Below the pieces are notes generated by a model, which worked only from the letters and a program-made list of their open reading frames with translations, had not been told where the DNA came from and searched no databases. From positions 102,805-166,804 of the IMG/VR virus record IMGVR_UViG_3300021399_000005: 64,000 nucleotides of DNA; one strand, 5' to 3'. Within the stretch, counting starts at the first letter, position 1, and every line of letters begins with the position of its first letter. The position numbers were made by a program, and so were the translations under genes. Of the stretch, positions 49,677 to 63,400 are shown one piece after another. Source of the DNA: a virus (lineage: Duplodnaviria > Caudoviricetes).

Positions 49677-51254
49677 ATGGCACATAATCAAATTGGAGAT
49701 TATATTCACTCAAATTATTGGAATTATCAAAGATGAGGATTAAATAAAGTTCAACAAGCAAAAAATCCGGTAAGTCCAACTGTTATAGCTGCAGCACAGA
49801 GGATGCTTCTTCGACAAGAAGTAAATAGAATTAGAGGAAGGGTATCTCAAGGTGTTTTAGATAAATTAGAACGTACCGTAAACTCTTATTTTAGGCGAAG
49901 AGAAAATTCTTCAGTTCAAATTGAAGAAGAAGGCGGACTTTCTTTAGATAAAATTGAAGAAATTCTTCAAAGAGCAATTGGAAGTTCTGCTATAGATTTT
50001 GATAGATTAGTAGGATCTGGCATGACGCAAGGTGGGTTTAGTTCTTTTAGAGAAAGTTTAAAAGCTAGTAATTTAGAAGATACTTATACAATGAATTTAG
50101 CAAAATATAGAAAAGTTCAGGACAGCTCAAAAAGAAGAGTTTCTGTTATTATCAGAAAAGTTAATAATTTAATTTCTATTATGAATTTAATAGCTTCTAA
50201 TGGCTTTGCTTCTTATATGTCTCAAAGTAAGAAAAATGAGTTTATACAAAATGTTCAAAGATTAGAAGCAGAAAAACAAAGTTTAATTGAGACTGCTGGT
50301 GGAACAAATAAACTTGTTTCAGCGAAAGAAACTGAAGACATTATTAGAGTTATAAATAAATCAATAAAACTTTTAAAAGATGAAAGGTCAAATGTAATAA
50401 CAGGCTATTTAGGAGAAATGATTGTTTATTTAATGGTGTGAGCAGAGGCTCATAAAGCTGATGAAGTAACTGATCAACTTATAGACAGTTTTGTTCAAGG
50501 TTTAAAAGAAAAAGTTATTAATCAATCTACAACAAAAAATGTTTTAAAATCTTCTAACTTTTCTACAAATATTTTACTAAATGAGGAAACTGTAAATAGA
50601 CAACGAGCAGATGGAAATACAAAAATTGTAAGAGAAGACGAATTCTCTGCAATAGCAACAAAAGACCTTGTAGATATGTCTTTTTATTCTGATATAGATA
50701 ATCAAAAATATAATTTATCTATAAAAAATGTTAATTTACATAGTGGTTTTAATGTTGGTATTCGTTCTGGATCTAATATTTTAATGTTAATTCAAGATTA
50801 TGGATTGTTTGTTAATCATATGCTAAATGTACTTGCTAATGTAAAAGATGACCCGATTTCTCCTGGTGGAGGAGATATAGTTGCTATGCAGAATGCTCTT
50901 AAATTAACCATTTTTTTAAGAGCTTTAATTGGTGGAATTCATATTGAAGGTGGAAAGAAATCAGAAGTAGCAGATTTTTTTGTTATTCGAGATAATAGCA
51001 ATTCAGGAAATGAGTTTCAATTTTTTTATGTTGGAGATATTCTTAGTCAAGTAGAGAATAATATTTCTTTATTAGAAATTTCTGGACTTCCTGTTTCTTC
51101 AAGTGATTTAAGTTTTTCTGTTGCAAATACTTGAGTTGGACCTGAAGACGATCCGAGCTATTTATCGGCAAATAAACGTATTACTAATTTAATAAATTAT
51201 TTGAAATCAATTTCTTATAAGGTACAATTAAAACCAGAAATGTTTTTAAAATAA
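49677..51254 (+). CDS. Hypothetical protein (525 aa, 3 TGA=Trp)
   Basis: AAGGAGG SD; fragments 49803 and 50676 in the same frame; GYLGE..KD..D..SIKN may be a degenerate PD-(D/E)XK motif. Confidence 0.7.
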
Positions 51255-51291
51255 AAAATTTTGGTATAATAAAAATAGGAGGTTTTTAAAT

Positions 51292-51804
51292 ATGAATTAT
51301 TCAAACTTAAAAACAAACATCGAAACAAAACCTATTACAATTGAGTTTAATGATAATACTATTGAAATTAAAAAATATATTCCAATAGAAGATGAAATAA
51401 ATTTAATTGAAACAGTATTAAATGAATCTATGACAGAACAACATTATTACAATCCATTAACATTAAAAATGTTATTTGGTTTGCATATTCTTTATAATTT
51501 TACAAACATTGAATTTTCAGAAGAGGATAAAGCGAACCCAACTAAACTTTATGATGAAGTTAGGGCAACTGGACTCTTACAAGCTGTATTAAACGAAATT
51601 TTAGAAGAAGTAGATATTCTCTATGAGGATTTAATGGAAACTGTTGAGTCTGTTTATAGTTATTTAAATTCTGTTTATGGTACTGTTGAAAATATGCAAA
51701 AAGGTGTTGACGATTTAGATTTTGATATTCAAAAAATGGTTAACGATGTAAAAGACCCAGAACAACTTGCTTTCTTAAAGGAAGTCTTGAACAAAATGGG
51801 TTAA
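51292..51804 (+). CDS. Putative tail assembly chaperone
   Basis: Acidic 170 aa directly upstream of tape measure. Confidence 0.6.
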   Translation: MNYSNLKTNIETKPITIEFNDNTIEIKKYIPIEDEINLIETVLNESMTEQHYYNPLTLKMLFGLHILYNFTNIEFSEEDKANPTKLYDEVRATGLLQAVLNEILEEVDILYEDLMETVESVYSYLNSVYGTVENMQKGVDDLDFDIQKMVNDVKDPEQLAFLKEVLNKMG

Positions 51805-51915
51805 TCTTATTCCCTGTTTTTTAAACTATAATAAGAATAGGAAAAACGAAAGGCTTTTCTCTTTTCTGGAGAAAAGCCTTTTTGTTATATCTGAGAGAAA
51901 GGAGAAAAATTATAA

Positions 51916-54900
51916 ATGGCACAAAGAGTTAATATTCAATTGGGTATTCAGGCTGATACTGGTCAGGCGAGATCGCAAATTCAACAACTACAAAAAGATT
52001 TGTCGGCTTTAACCCAAATAAAATTTCAAGATGGGTCATTAATTCCTGGATTAGATCCAAAATCTCTTGGTGAAGCAAACGTACAGATAACACAATTAAA
52101 AAATGCTTTAAATAGTGCGTTTAATACAAAAACAGGAAAACTTGATTTAGGGCAGTTTCAAGCCAGTTTACAAAAATCTAATTTAGATATTAATACTTTA
52201 AAATCAACTTTTCAGTCTCTTGGGCCAGCTGGGACTACTGCTTTTGCAGATTTAGCTAAAGCGGTGGCAAGTGCGGAAGCACCAGTCCTTAGAGTTGGTG
52301 ATGGAATTCGAAAATTCATGACCACTTTTGCGAATAGTGCAAGATATATGGTTGCAACAAGAGCTTTAAATACTTTTGTTGGTTCTATACAGAATGCTCT
52401 TAATTATGCACAAGATTTAAATAAATCATTAAATAATATAGCAATTGTTACTGGTGCATCAACAGATAAGATGGCTGAATTTGCTGCTCAGGCAAATAAA
52501 GCTGCTCAAAGATTGTCAGTTACTACGACCGGATACACTGATGCGGCATTGATTTATTATCAACAAGGTTTAAATGACCAAGAGGTTGCTGCAAGAACGG
52601 AAGCTACAATGAAGATGTCAAATGTAACAGGAGAAAGTGCGCAAGAAGTTTCTTCTTATATGACAGCGATTTGGAATAACTTCTATGATGGTTCTGAATC
52701 TATTGAATCATTCACTGATAAAATTACTGCATTAGGTGCTGCTACGGCTTCTAGCTCCGCTGAAATTGCAGGAGGTTTACAACAATTTGCTGCAGTAGCC
52801 AATACCGTTGGTTTAAGCTATGATTATGCAGCTACAGCTTTAGCTACTATTGTTGCGCAAACAAGACAGTCTGAATCTACTGTTGGTAATGGTTTAAGAA
52901 CTTTATTCTCTCGTATGCAAGGTTTAAAACTTGATGGAGAAACTGAAGACGGTGTTACATTAAATAAATATTCTCAAGCTTTAGCAGATGTTGGAGTTAA
53001 TGCTCTTGATGCTTCTGGTGAATTGAGAGATATGGATGATATTTTAAGTGATTTAGGTGCCAAATGAGAAACACTGTCTAAGGCTCAACAAGTTGCATTA
53101 GCACAGACTGTTGGTGGTGTTCGTCAATATACTACTTTAGTTGCGTTAATGGACAATTGGGGAGAATTTCAAGAGAATTTGTCAGTTGCGCAAGGGGCTG
53201 AAGGAACTTTACAGCGACAACAAGAAATTTATGAACGCTCTTGGGAAGCTTCTAGAAAGCGTGTTCAAGCAGCTGCGCAATCTATTTATCAAGATATAAT
53301 AGACGATAAATTTTTTATTAGTTTAAATGACTTGTTTGCTGGTTTCTTAAAAACGATAGACCAAGTTATAAAAGGCCTTGGTGGTGTTAAAGGGGTTTTA
53401 TCTGCCGTTTCAGCTATTGCCTTTACTTTATTTAATGGTCAAATAGCAAACAAGGTAGATAGATTTGTCATTTCTTTAAGCAATTTATACCATCCAGAAA
53501 ATATAGATAAGTTTAAGCAAGAATACTTAGGAGCCTTCAAGGATTTTGTTGGAAATACTGGAGATGAAGCTTTAGATAAAATGACTTCTAATTATGCTAC
53601 AAATGCATTAAATTCTGAATTAGAATTGAAGTCAAAAATACTTGCATTAAGTAAAAATTTATCACAAGAAAATCAAGAAATTGCAAATAACATATATAAA
53701 CAAGTTGAAGCTGCACAAGATCTTGTTATTGTAGAATCAAAAGCTTTACAAGAAACAGAACGACAAGGATCTGGAAAAGTCACTACTGGAATTCAAGCAT
53801 CCGTTTTAGAAAAAGTTTTAACAAACAAGCAGGTTAGAGAGTCAATGGATGCTAGTCTTTTAGATGTTGATATTAATGCGGCATCTTTAAGAGAAGCAAA
53901 AACTTTCTTAAAACAAAATAATACAATGAACGCTTTTATAAATTCCGTAGATAGCATGGTTAGTGGGGTGTCTGCAGATAATTTAAAAGAAGTTCAACAG
54001 GTTCTTTTAGGAATTCAAGAAACTACAAAAGATGATATTCGAGTTACAGAAGACTTCAAAAAAATCTGGGGGGAAATGGCAAATGCCAAAGGCCCAGAAG
54101 AAATGAACAGTAAACTCGAAGAACTTAATAATTATATAATTAAAACTTTTGGTGAGCAAGATGGAGGTGCTTTAAAAAATAGACTTGCCAACTTAATAGA
54201 AGGCATTCCAGTTGAAGCATTAACAGGAAAAACAAAGAAAATTATTGAACAGCTACAAAATGAACTTAATCAGAATACGAAACAAGCGCAAGCAGTAGCT
54301 GCAGCAGAAATAGAAAAGGTTTCTGGAAATGCTGCTATAAAGACGTTTGGCGATAATGTAGATACTTTTGGTCAAAAAGTTTCTAATTTTGCTAGAAACG
54401 CATCTTCTATGGCAATGCAAATTAATGGCATTAGAGGTGCTATAGCTGCTTTAAATGATAAAGATATTGCTCCATGAGAAAGATTTACTAGAGTAATATC
54501 TGGATTTGGAATGACTTTTGGGTCAAATGGAATAGGTACACAGTTTGTTCAAGGAATTGGAAAATTTAGAACTTCTTTTAAAGAAAATTCTTCTTTTGAG
54601 AATTTATTTATTGGACAACAAGGTAATACTATAAATGATTGGCAAAAACAAGGTTATTTTGATACTACCTTTTTCAATGATAATTATCAACGAGAAATTT
54701 ATAAAAAAGCAGGAAAAAGCTTAGGACTTAATGATAATCAATTATGAGGCAATTCTTTTCAAGCTAGTAAGCAAATGAATAGTTGATTATCTAATCCAGC
54801 TTTATCGGAAGATTTAAAAAATCAAATAAAATTATCTCAACAAATAAGCGGTTTAACAGATGAGAATAGACAAAAGTTTTTTCAACTTGCAAAAGATTAT

Positions 54901-57900
54901 AATACAGCTTTACAATCTGGGGATACTAAAGCACTTAAAAATTTAGCGGGAGAGTTTGAAAAACTCGGTTTTAATGTTGGAAATGCATCTGGAAAATTAG
55001 GAGCTTTTGGTTCTGCTTTAAAATCAGCTTTTGCTGGGCTTGCAGCGCAAGTTGCAATTATGGCTGCCTTGGCAGCAACTGTTTGATTAGTTCAAAAGGC
55101 TTATGAAGCTTGGTACGCAACCACTGAAAAAGGTCAAATTGAACAATATAATAATAAAATTGAAAATTTAACCAATACTATTGATAGTCTAAAAACTTCT
55201 GCTGAAAATGCCGCTAGTTCGATTGAAAAGGTTAATGAAGCAACAAAACAAATTCATTCTATTGATAATGCAGTTGGGAACACTTTAAAAGACGGAAGTC
55301 TTGAATTAACTAATCAAATATTAGAATCAAATCAAAATTTAAGGGATGTTTTAGATGAAGCTGGACTATGAGATAATGAATTTGCAAAAATTACAATAGA
55401 TGAAAAAGGATTGTATCATCTTGATAACGCTCAAGAAGTTCAACAAGAATTATTGAGACAACAAGAAGAATCTTATGAAAAAGCAGAATATCTTGAATAT
55501 CAAAGAAAAAAGACTTTACAAGAACAAAATGCGGTTATGGCTGCATATGAAGCTGGGGATGCTTCTTTTGTTGATTATAAAGTTGAATATAATGAAAAGG
55601 GAGATATAACTTCTTCTAATTATCAAAACAGTGCTGATGCAAATAAAAGCTTTGTTTCTACTGTTGAAAGCTTAATAGATGTAGCGGATTCGCTTAGCAA
55701 AGATGTTGATTTTCAGAAAGAGTATGGGGAAGTTACTGGTTTACAAGATTTACAAAGTGTTATTAACAAAGCTTTAGAAAATGGTAAAGATGATGACCTG
55801 AGAAGTACTTTAGAAGCCTTAGGTTTAGATTCAACAATTGTTGAAAAGTTGTTTAACCAAGATAATGCAGTAGAATTATGAGATAAGATTTTTGCAGTAG
55901 AAACTGCTGTTCGTGAAATGGGAACAACAGACGCAGAAGAAATTTCTCAGGCAAGGGCTTTTTTAAAAGCAGCTGGAATAGAATACGACCCAACAAAACT
56001 AACAGCAGAAAGAGCAAAAGAAATAAATCAATTTATAGGAGAAGGCTCAGAAGATCTTACTGCTGAACAGAGAAAGGAAATTCTTGAAAGGGCGAATCTT
56101 CTTTCTGGAGCAAACGCCTCTGATTTCCTTGAAAAAGTTTCAGATCCAAATTTTAATGCAACTAATTTTGTATTAAACAATCAATCACCTTCTGCAAGAA
56201 AAGCTTTTGTTGAGATGTGAGCAAACTCAAAACAATTAGAAAAAACAGATACGGGATGAATGGTAGACGGCAAAGCCATGACCGTAGATGAAATTTTAAA
56301 CGATAGTTCTAGAGTGTTTGAAATGGGAGAGGATTGAGACCAAGTTCTTTCTTATTATTATAGACAAGGCTATGCTGCAAGTTTGAAAAATACTGATTCA
56401 ACCTTTGGTCTTTCTTCTGATGAATTTAATGATTTACTTGTTTCAGAAAAGAATAAGCCTGCTTCTAGTTCAGATTGAGTAGAAGGAACTCGTATTCAAG
56501 CTAATGAAATATTGAATTTAAATGGTGAAGATCCAGAAGCACAAAAAGCTAGAGATATTTTTAATAATCAAATACAAGAGGAAGTAGAAAATTTAAGACA
56601 GTTAGAGGAGTATACCAGTTATTCAGATGAAGCTTTAGAAGTTTTGGCTCTAGATACTGCAATAGCCTCAGATGCTTTTGAAGAACTTTCACAGAATGCA
56701 GAATCTTGATTTAAAAAAATAGAAAAAGGTGGTTCTTCTGGAGCTAAGGCGCTTCAAAGTTTATCAGATTGTTTATTAAGAGTTACTGGTTTATATGATG
56801 ATTTTGAGAATGCTGGTATACATATAGATGAAGAGTTTGCTGATTTTGTAGATAGGAATCAAGACCTTGCAAAGGCTGCAGCGAATGGAGATGTAGATGC
56901 AATAAAAGAATTACACAATGCAGCAGGTCGATTAGCATTTGATAAGGTAGCTGGAAGTAATGTTGAGGGAATTTCAGATGAAGATCGACAAGCTCTTATT
57001 GGTGAATTTACCACTTTACAAGAGGATATTCAGGCTGAATTAGATAAAGGAATAAAGATTGGTTCTGAAGTTACAGTTGATCCACAATTTTATAATAGAT
57101 TAAATGCCATTGTTTCTAGTTCAGCAAGCACTATTGAGCAAGCAAATGCTATTTTAGGCTCTTTAAATTTAGATGCAGGTGATTTTGATTTAATAGAAGA
57201 AACAATGCCTGCAAGTAATAAATTTTCTCTTAAAGTTGGTGGAAAAGAAATTTTTAGCGGTGAATATGAAGCTTCTGCAACTGTATATCACCCTGTTCCA
57301 AAAGGGTCTGCTAAAGAATATGCTAAAAGTAAGGCTGGTGGACAAAGTAAATATATTTCTAAAGATACAAATGATGCACAAGCTGCAACAAATACAACAG
57401 CTTTTAATAACGAAGTTGCAAAATTAAACTCAATGGCAGGGATGTCTTCGCAAGATCGTCAAACAGCAACTAACGCTTTAGCAAAACAATATGGTATGGT
57501 TGTTAACGAAAAAGCATCTGAGAAATATTGAATGAATAATCTCTTTAAAGACGGTTCGATGTCAGATGATTATGCTAAATATTTAGCAGACAACTATGGT
57601 GATAAAATTTCTTTTACTGACCCATCTGCTCCAGGTGGTCTTGGTGGCGGAGGCACTGGCTCCGGTGGAGGAGGCGGAGGTGGAGGCTCTGGCTCCGGTG
57701 GAAAAGAGCGTGAGCAAAAAGCCTACGAAGATGAAATTGAACGTTATCACTACCTTTTAAAAACAATAGATACAGTTAATAAGAAATATGATGAATTAGA
57801 AAATGCTCGTAAAAAAGCCTATGGTACTGATGAAATTGAGATAATGGATCAAGAGATTGAAAACCTTCAACAACAAATAGGCTTACAAAAGCAATATCTT

Positions 57901-60414
57901 GATGCAATTTCACAAGATTATTTATCAGATAGGGCTGCAATTGCCGCATATGGTGCGCAGTTCGACGAAAACGGTAATATAATAAATTATGAAGAGATTT
58001 ATAGACGTCAAATAGATTTAGTTAATTCTGCGGCCGGGGACGATGAGGCGGCAGACAAAGCCTATGAGCAATTTAAAAAAGTCCTTGAACAATATGAAAA
58101 AACAAATGAGCTTTTACAAGATACTAAATTATCATATCAAGAATTGTTAGATAAAGCTGCTGAACTTAACCTTGAAAAAATCACAGTTTCTGTTGAATAT
58201 AATGTAGCTATTTCAGATAGAGATAGAAAATATCTTGAATGATTAGCTGACAACATGGGAGACAGCATTGATAAAACAGCTGATAAAATTGCCAATTTAT
58301 CTAAACAAATGGAAACATATGTTCAAGATGCTCAAACTTATGGAGAAGGTATAAACGCAATCCTTGACCAAGTTGGTGAAGCAGGTCTTTTAGAAAAAAT
58401 AATAAATCAAAATTTAACAAAAGAACAATTTAAAGAATTAGGTTTAACTACTCAGCAAATTAAGCAAATTGAAGACTATAAAGATAAGCTAATGGAAACT
58501 CAACAAGCAGAAAGAGAATTAGCAAAAACTGCTGTTGAAGAAGTAACAACAGCTTTCTCTGACTGAAATGAAGAAGTTTCCGACTCTATTGATAGAATTA
58601 CCTCTTTAAACGACAGTTTAGAGAAATATAGAGATATAATTGGTTTATTGGATGAAGATATTATTGGTTCAACAAAAGCTTTAAATGATGAAATTGATGC
58701 GGCTGAACGTCAAAATAACCTAAAAGCGATTGAAGGTCAACAAAGAAAATATGAGCAAGCTCAACAAAACTTTGAAAGATTAAATGCTCTTTATAAAGAT
58801 GCGCAAGATAAGGATAATCAAGTTGCAATTGACGTTTTAAAAGATAGCGTTAAGGAGGCTGAAGAAGCTGTTATTCAAGCCCATCAAGATATGCTTGAAG
58901 CCACATCAAATGCATTAGATGCTCTTGAAAAACAATGAGAAGCTTCAATGGAAAGAATTTCTAAAGAGTTTGCAAAAAATATGACTGGTCTAAATGACAT
59001 TTCTTACTTTAAAGATATGTATGATAGACAAAAAGAAATGTCGGATTGATATTTAGACGATTATGAAAAATATTATAATCTAAATAAGCTTGTGACTCAA
59101 ATAAATAAAGACCTAGGAGATAACTCCTCGTTAGTTGTATCTAGCAAATTAAATGGTCTTTTAGGAAAAATAAATGGCTCTTTAGCAGAAGGAGCACAAA
59201 TTTCAGAAGCTACTGTTGGATATTATCAAAAAGAGCTAGAGTTAATTGAGGCTCAAATGGCGCTGGAGGCTGCGCGTAACGCCAAATCTGTTGTCCGCAT
59301 GGTTAGAGATAATGAAGGTAATATGAGTTATGTCTATACCGCAGATTCTGATGCTATTGAATCAGCAGAAGAAAATTATCAAGAAAAATGATATAATTTA
59401 ATGCAATATACAACAGAACAACAAGATGAACTGCAAGAAAAAATGATTTCTTCTATGGAAGATTTTATTGACAGAGCGGTTGAAGCAGCAGAAAAATTTG
59501 GAATTGGAACAGAAGCCTTTAACAGAGAATTGGGAAATATTCAACAAGACTTTACAGACCTTTTTGATTATCTTGCTGGTGAAATGGATAATGCTGATGG
59601 TATGTTTAGTCATTTACAAAATAATTGGTGAAAAGAATTAGAAGAAGGTCTTCAAAAGACTGTTGCGCTAGAACCAGATTTTAAAACTACTTTTGGAAAA
59701 ACCATATTGGGCCAATTACTTGGTACTGAAGATACTGAAGATTGAATTAATTTAATGAACAGTGGAACTAATAAAGCATTGTCTCAAATTTATGATAATG
59801 GACAAACTTATGTTCAAAATCAAGATGCTGTTTTACAAGCTGCAAACTCTTCATTAGAGTCTGTTATAGATGACACAAGTATTGGAGTTTCTGAAAATCA
59901 AGAGATGGCTAATGAAGAAATGCAAAAATTAGATGAAACTTTAACTAATGGAGAAAAGGTTCTTGGAGATGCCGCAGATTCATTAAAGGCTTTTGGAGAT
60001 AAATGAAATGGCCAAATGACGGCAATGACTGCTACAACAGATGCCTTGGTAAAGAGTTTAAATAATTATTTCAATGCACTTTCAAAAATTAATGATATTT
60101 CTTCTTCAAGTAATCCATTTGATTTTTCAACTATGGTTCCTTCTTTTGAGCAGGAACTTGAAGAAATGAAAGATATGCCATATTCACAATTAGATTTATC
60201 TGAAATTTCTCCTCAATTAGTTTCTGCGCCAAGCATGATTTCAGATGTTTCAACGTCTGGGTTAACAGCACTTTTAAGTTTAGTTCCTTCAGGAGAACTT
60301 GACCAAAATGTGCAAATAAATGCTACATTCCCTAATGTGGTGAATCATAGAGAGATTGAATTAGCGTTAAATAATTTAATTCTTTCCGCAAGTCAATACG
60401 CTAATAGAAAGTAA
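51916..60414 (+). CDS. Tail tape measure protein (2832 aa, about 21 TGA=Trp)
   Basis: All fragments share one frame separated by TGA; TP901-type core (IVAQTRQSESTVGNGLRTLFSR); Gly-rich linker 57630-57700; ends TAA plus terminator. Confidence 0.9.
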
Positions 60415-60443
60415 AAGCCAGTTAAAACTGGCTTTTCTTTTTT
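60415..60443 (+). terminator. Intrinsic terminator after tape measure gene
   Basis: AAGCCAGTT-AA-AACTGGCTT then TTCTTTTTT. Confidence 0.75.
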
Positions 60444-60499
60444 GGTCATTTTAAAATAATTTGATATAATATTTTTGAAAAAGAGAAAAAGGAGGCAGT

Positions 60500-63400
60500 G
60501 TGATGGCAAGTGGAATTATCTACGATGATAATATATCTAAACAAGGCGCAGAGTCCCTTATGGCAGAACGTATAAATGAAAATATTAATCAAGCAATAGA
60601 TATTATCGTTTCAAAAAAACTTGAAGGCTTAGCTTTTGACAAAACAGAAATTTGTTTAATTGAAAAAGCTGACAAAAACACAGAAGAATACACTGTCAAT
60701 AATGGCTCAATTTCATATACAGCAAGAGCAAAAAAAGGCGAATATAAAGAAGGGCAACAAGTTTATGTTCAAATTCCTAATAATGATTATGACAATATAA
60801 AAACTATTACTGGGATTTACGCTGACCCTAGTTTAAATATGGATAATTATTATATAAATATTTTTGACTCTTTTATTGATGCAACAGGAAATATTTTTGA
60901 TAATGAAAATATAATTGATAGTAATGTAAAAAAAGAGATTGCTCCATCTCTTGTTGCGAATTGAGGAGATAGAAAAAAATATATTTTAGGAAATGAAAAT
61001 GATTTTGTAATTTTTAAAAGACCTATTGATTACGATATTTTTGCTTTTTCTTTTGGATTAAATACAAGACTTTATAATGTTACTTCTGGAACTTATGGTA
61101 TAGTAGTTGAATTAAAAATTGGTTCAGATGTTTATAAATTTAAAAAACAAACCAATAGAGAAAATGGTTATTCAGATTTTTCTGGAAATCCTTATGTTTA
61201 TAGTTCATACGTTACGCAACAATTTAAGATGGACATAAGTAGTAATAGAGAGGCCCTTGGGGCAGACAACACAAAAATTTCAAGACCTGTTGAAGGAATT
61301 AGAATTTATGTTTTTCAAGATGATGACTTTGTTACAAAAAATGGAAGACTTGAATATGAAGAAAATGTTACCCCTGCGGCGAACATATTATTCAATAATT
61401 TTCAAATTGATTTTGGTTTTCCTCCTATTGCAGAAGACGGGGTTGTTGATAAAATATATTTATCTACTCCTGATAGTCCATATTACACTAGAACAAATAT
61501 AGATGAAAGCTTTTCCCGTAGAATAAGATTAAATTGAGTCCATATTTTTAATAAAACAGAAGAAGGTGGAACTTCTATTCCAATGGTTTTAAACTCTAAG
61601 GAAGATTTTAATACTTATAGATTAACTGACCATTTGACAAAATTAAGAATTTCTTGATACGAATGAAAAGAAGTGGCTTCTGAAGAAGCGGATAGTAATA
61701 CTGGAAAGTTTTGGAAAAAGCTTTCGTCTATTTATTGAACTGCAATAGAAGATGGGTTATTGGATGAAAATTCTTGACTTACAATAGATGGTGATGTTGA
61801 AGATCCTTTTACCTTTCAGACAACTATAGAACCTAATACAAATAGCGCAACTTATAAAGTTTTTATTGAGTATGGACAGGGTATTTCTTTAGATGGACAA
61901 GAAGAAGATACAAGTCGCATTTCTACAGTTGAAAGCGAAGAAATAACTTTTTATGCAACAGTTCCAAAAAGAGAAGGATTGAGAGCAAAAGACTTAATTG
62001 AAGGCTTGTCTTTAAGTGTTGATGATGGAACAAAAGGACAGTATTATCTTTATGATCAGGCTACAAATCAATTATTTTCATCAATTGAAAAAAGTCGAAT
62101 TAGAAAAATATATGCAGAATATCATCCGGCAGAACAAGAAGAACGGTCAGTAGATTTTCCTATTGGAAGTATGATTTATTGAAAAGTTCCTAAATCAGAT
62201 ACGCAACTAAATTTTCTTCTTTCTCAAGAATCTTGAGAAAAAGATATAGAGAAAAAAGAATTAGAGAAAGTTTTTGGAGAAGAAGATGCCAATTCAGATA
62301 AATATACTTTTTGAAAACAAGAAGTAGTGGAAAAAAAAGTAAAAAAAGTCTATCTTCAATATACTATTAAAGATGAATATGCAAAAACACAAACTGAAAA
62401 TTCAGTAGAGTGTAAATTAATAAATGAAAACGGGGAACAAGTTTGTGGAGGAAGGATGAATTTTTTCTTTAGTTTTTTACCTCCATCAAGGACAATTATT
62501 GACCCCTATTGAGGAGAAACATATATTTTAAAAGTTTCTGGAAATGGAACTTCTAATAGAGGAGAAATTCTTGCTGCTTTAGAAACAAATTTAAAAAATT
62601 CAGAAGCTTTACCAGTTGGTGGGTATCTAGCCTCAGAAGTGAACTATAGATATGCTACAAAAGTTGGTGTAAGAATATATGACTATTCAGGAAATTCTCT
62701 TTTTACAACAGAAGACAAAAGTTTTTCTAATATTAATAAAGTTTTATCTAATGTTACTGTTCAAATGGGGAATATTTATGATAAAGAAATGAATTTTTCT
62801 GTTGTTGGTGGAAGTGCTCCTATTGTTAAAATAGGAGGAAGTAATGAATTAATAACTGATGATAAAGCATATGCAAAAATTGAAGGGCAAACTACAAGTA
62901 CTGATACAGGAACAAATTTAATTTTTTATGACAATGAATTATATTATATTAGTCCTCTTGGTAAAAAAACAGGAGGGCCAGAAGAAGGAACTTCAGCACC
63001 TTGATTATATGCTGGAGATTTAGAAAATACTTGTCCAGAAGTAATAAATTTTAAACTTGAAAGACCAGATGGCGAGAAAGTATCAGCTTCTTTCCCAGTA
63101 CATTTTTTTAGAACTAATTTTGATTTTACCAAAATTAAAACAAAGGGTAATATTATTGATTGTAATTATAATTTGTTAAGTGGTGCAGATTTAGTTGTTT
63201 ATGATGAAAATGGTGCGCTTATGTCTGGAACGTCTAATCCATATGAATTAGGTGTTTCTAATAGTAGTGCATTAGTCACTTGAAAAGTTTTTTATATTAA
63301 AAAAAGTTCTAACTCTACTTATGTAAGTGAAGATGGTAGTAAATATTTTTCTTTTGTTGGAGGATATCTTCAACATAATTCTGAATCTTTGCCAATTGAA

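Noticed and set aside
51780-51915. Programmed frameshift in the tail assembly chaperone
   Set aside because: No clear slippery heptamer with an extended downstream frame; a hairpin and SD occupy the gap.
57630-57700. GC-rich GGN repeat as an insertion or separate element
   Set aside because: It encodes an in-frame Gly/Ser linker of the tape measure protein.
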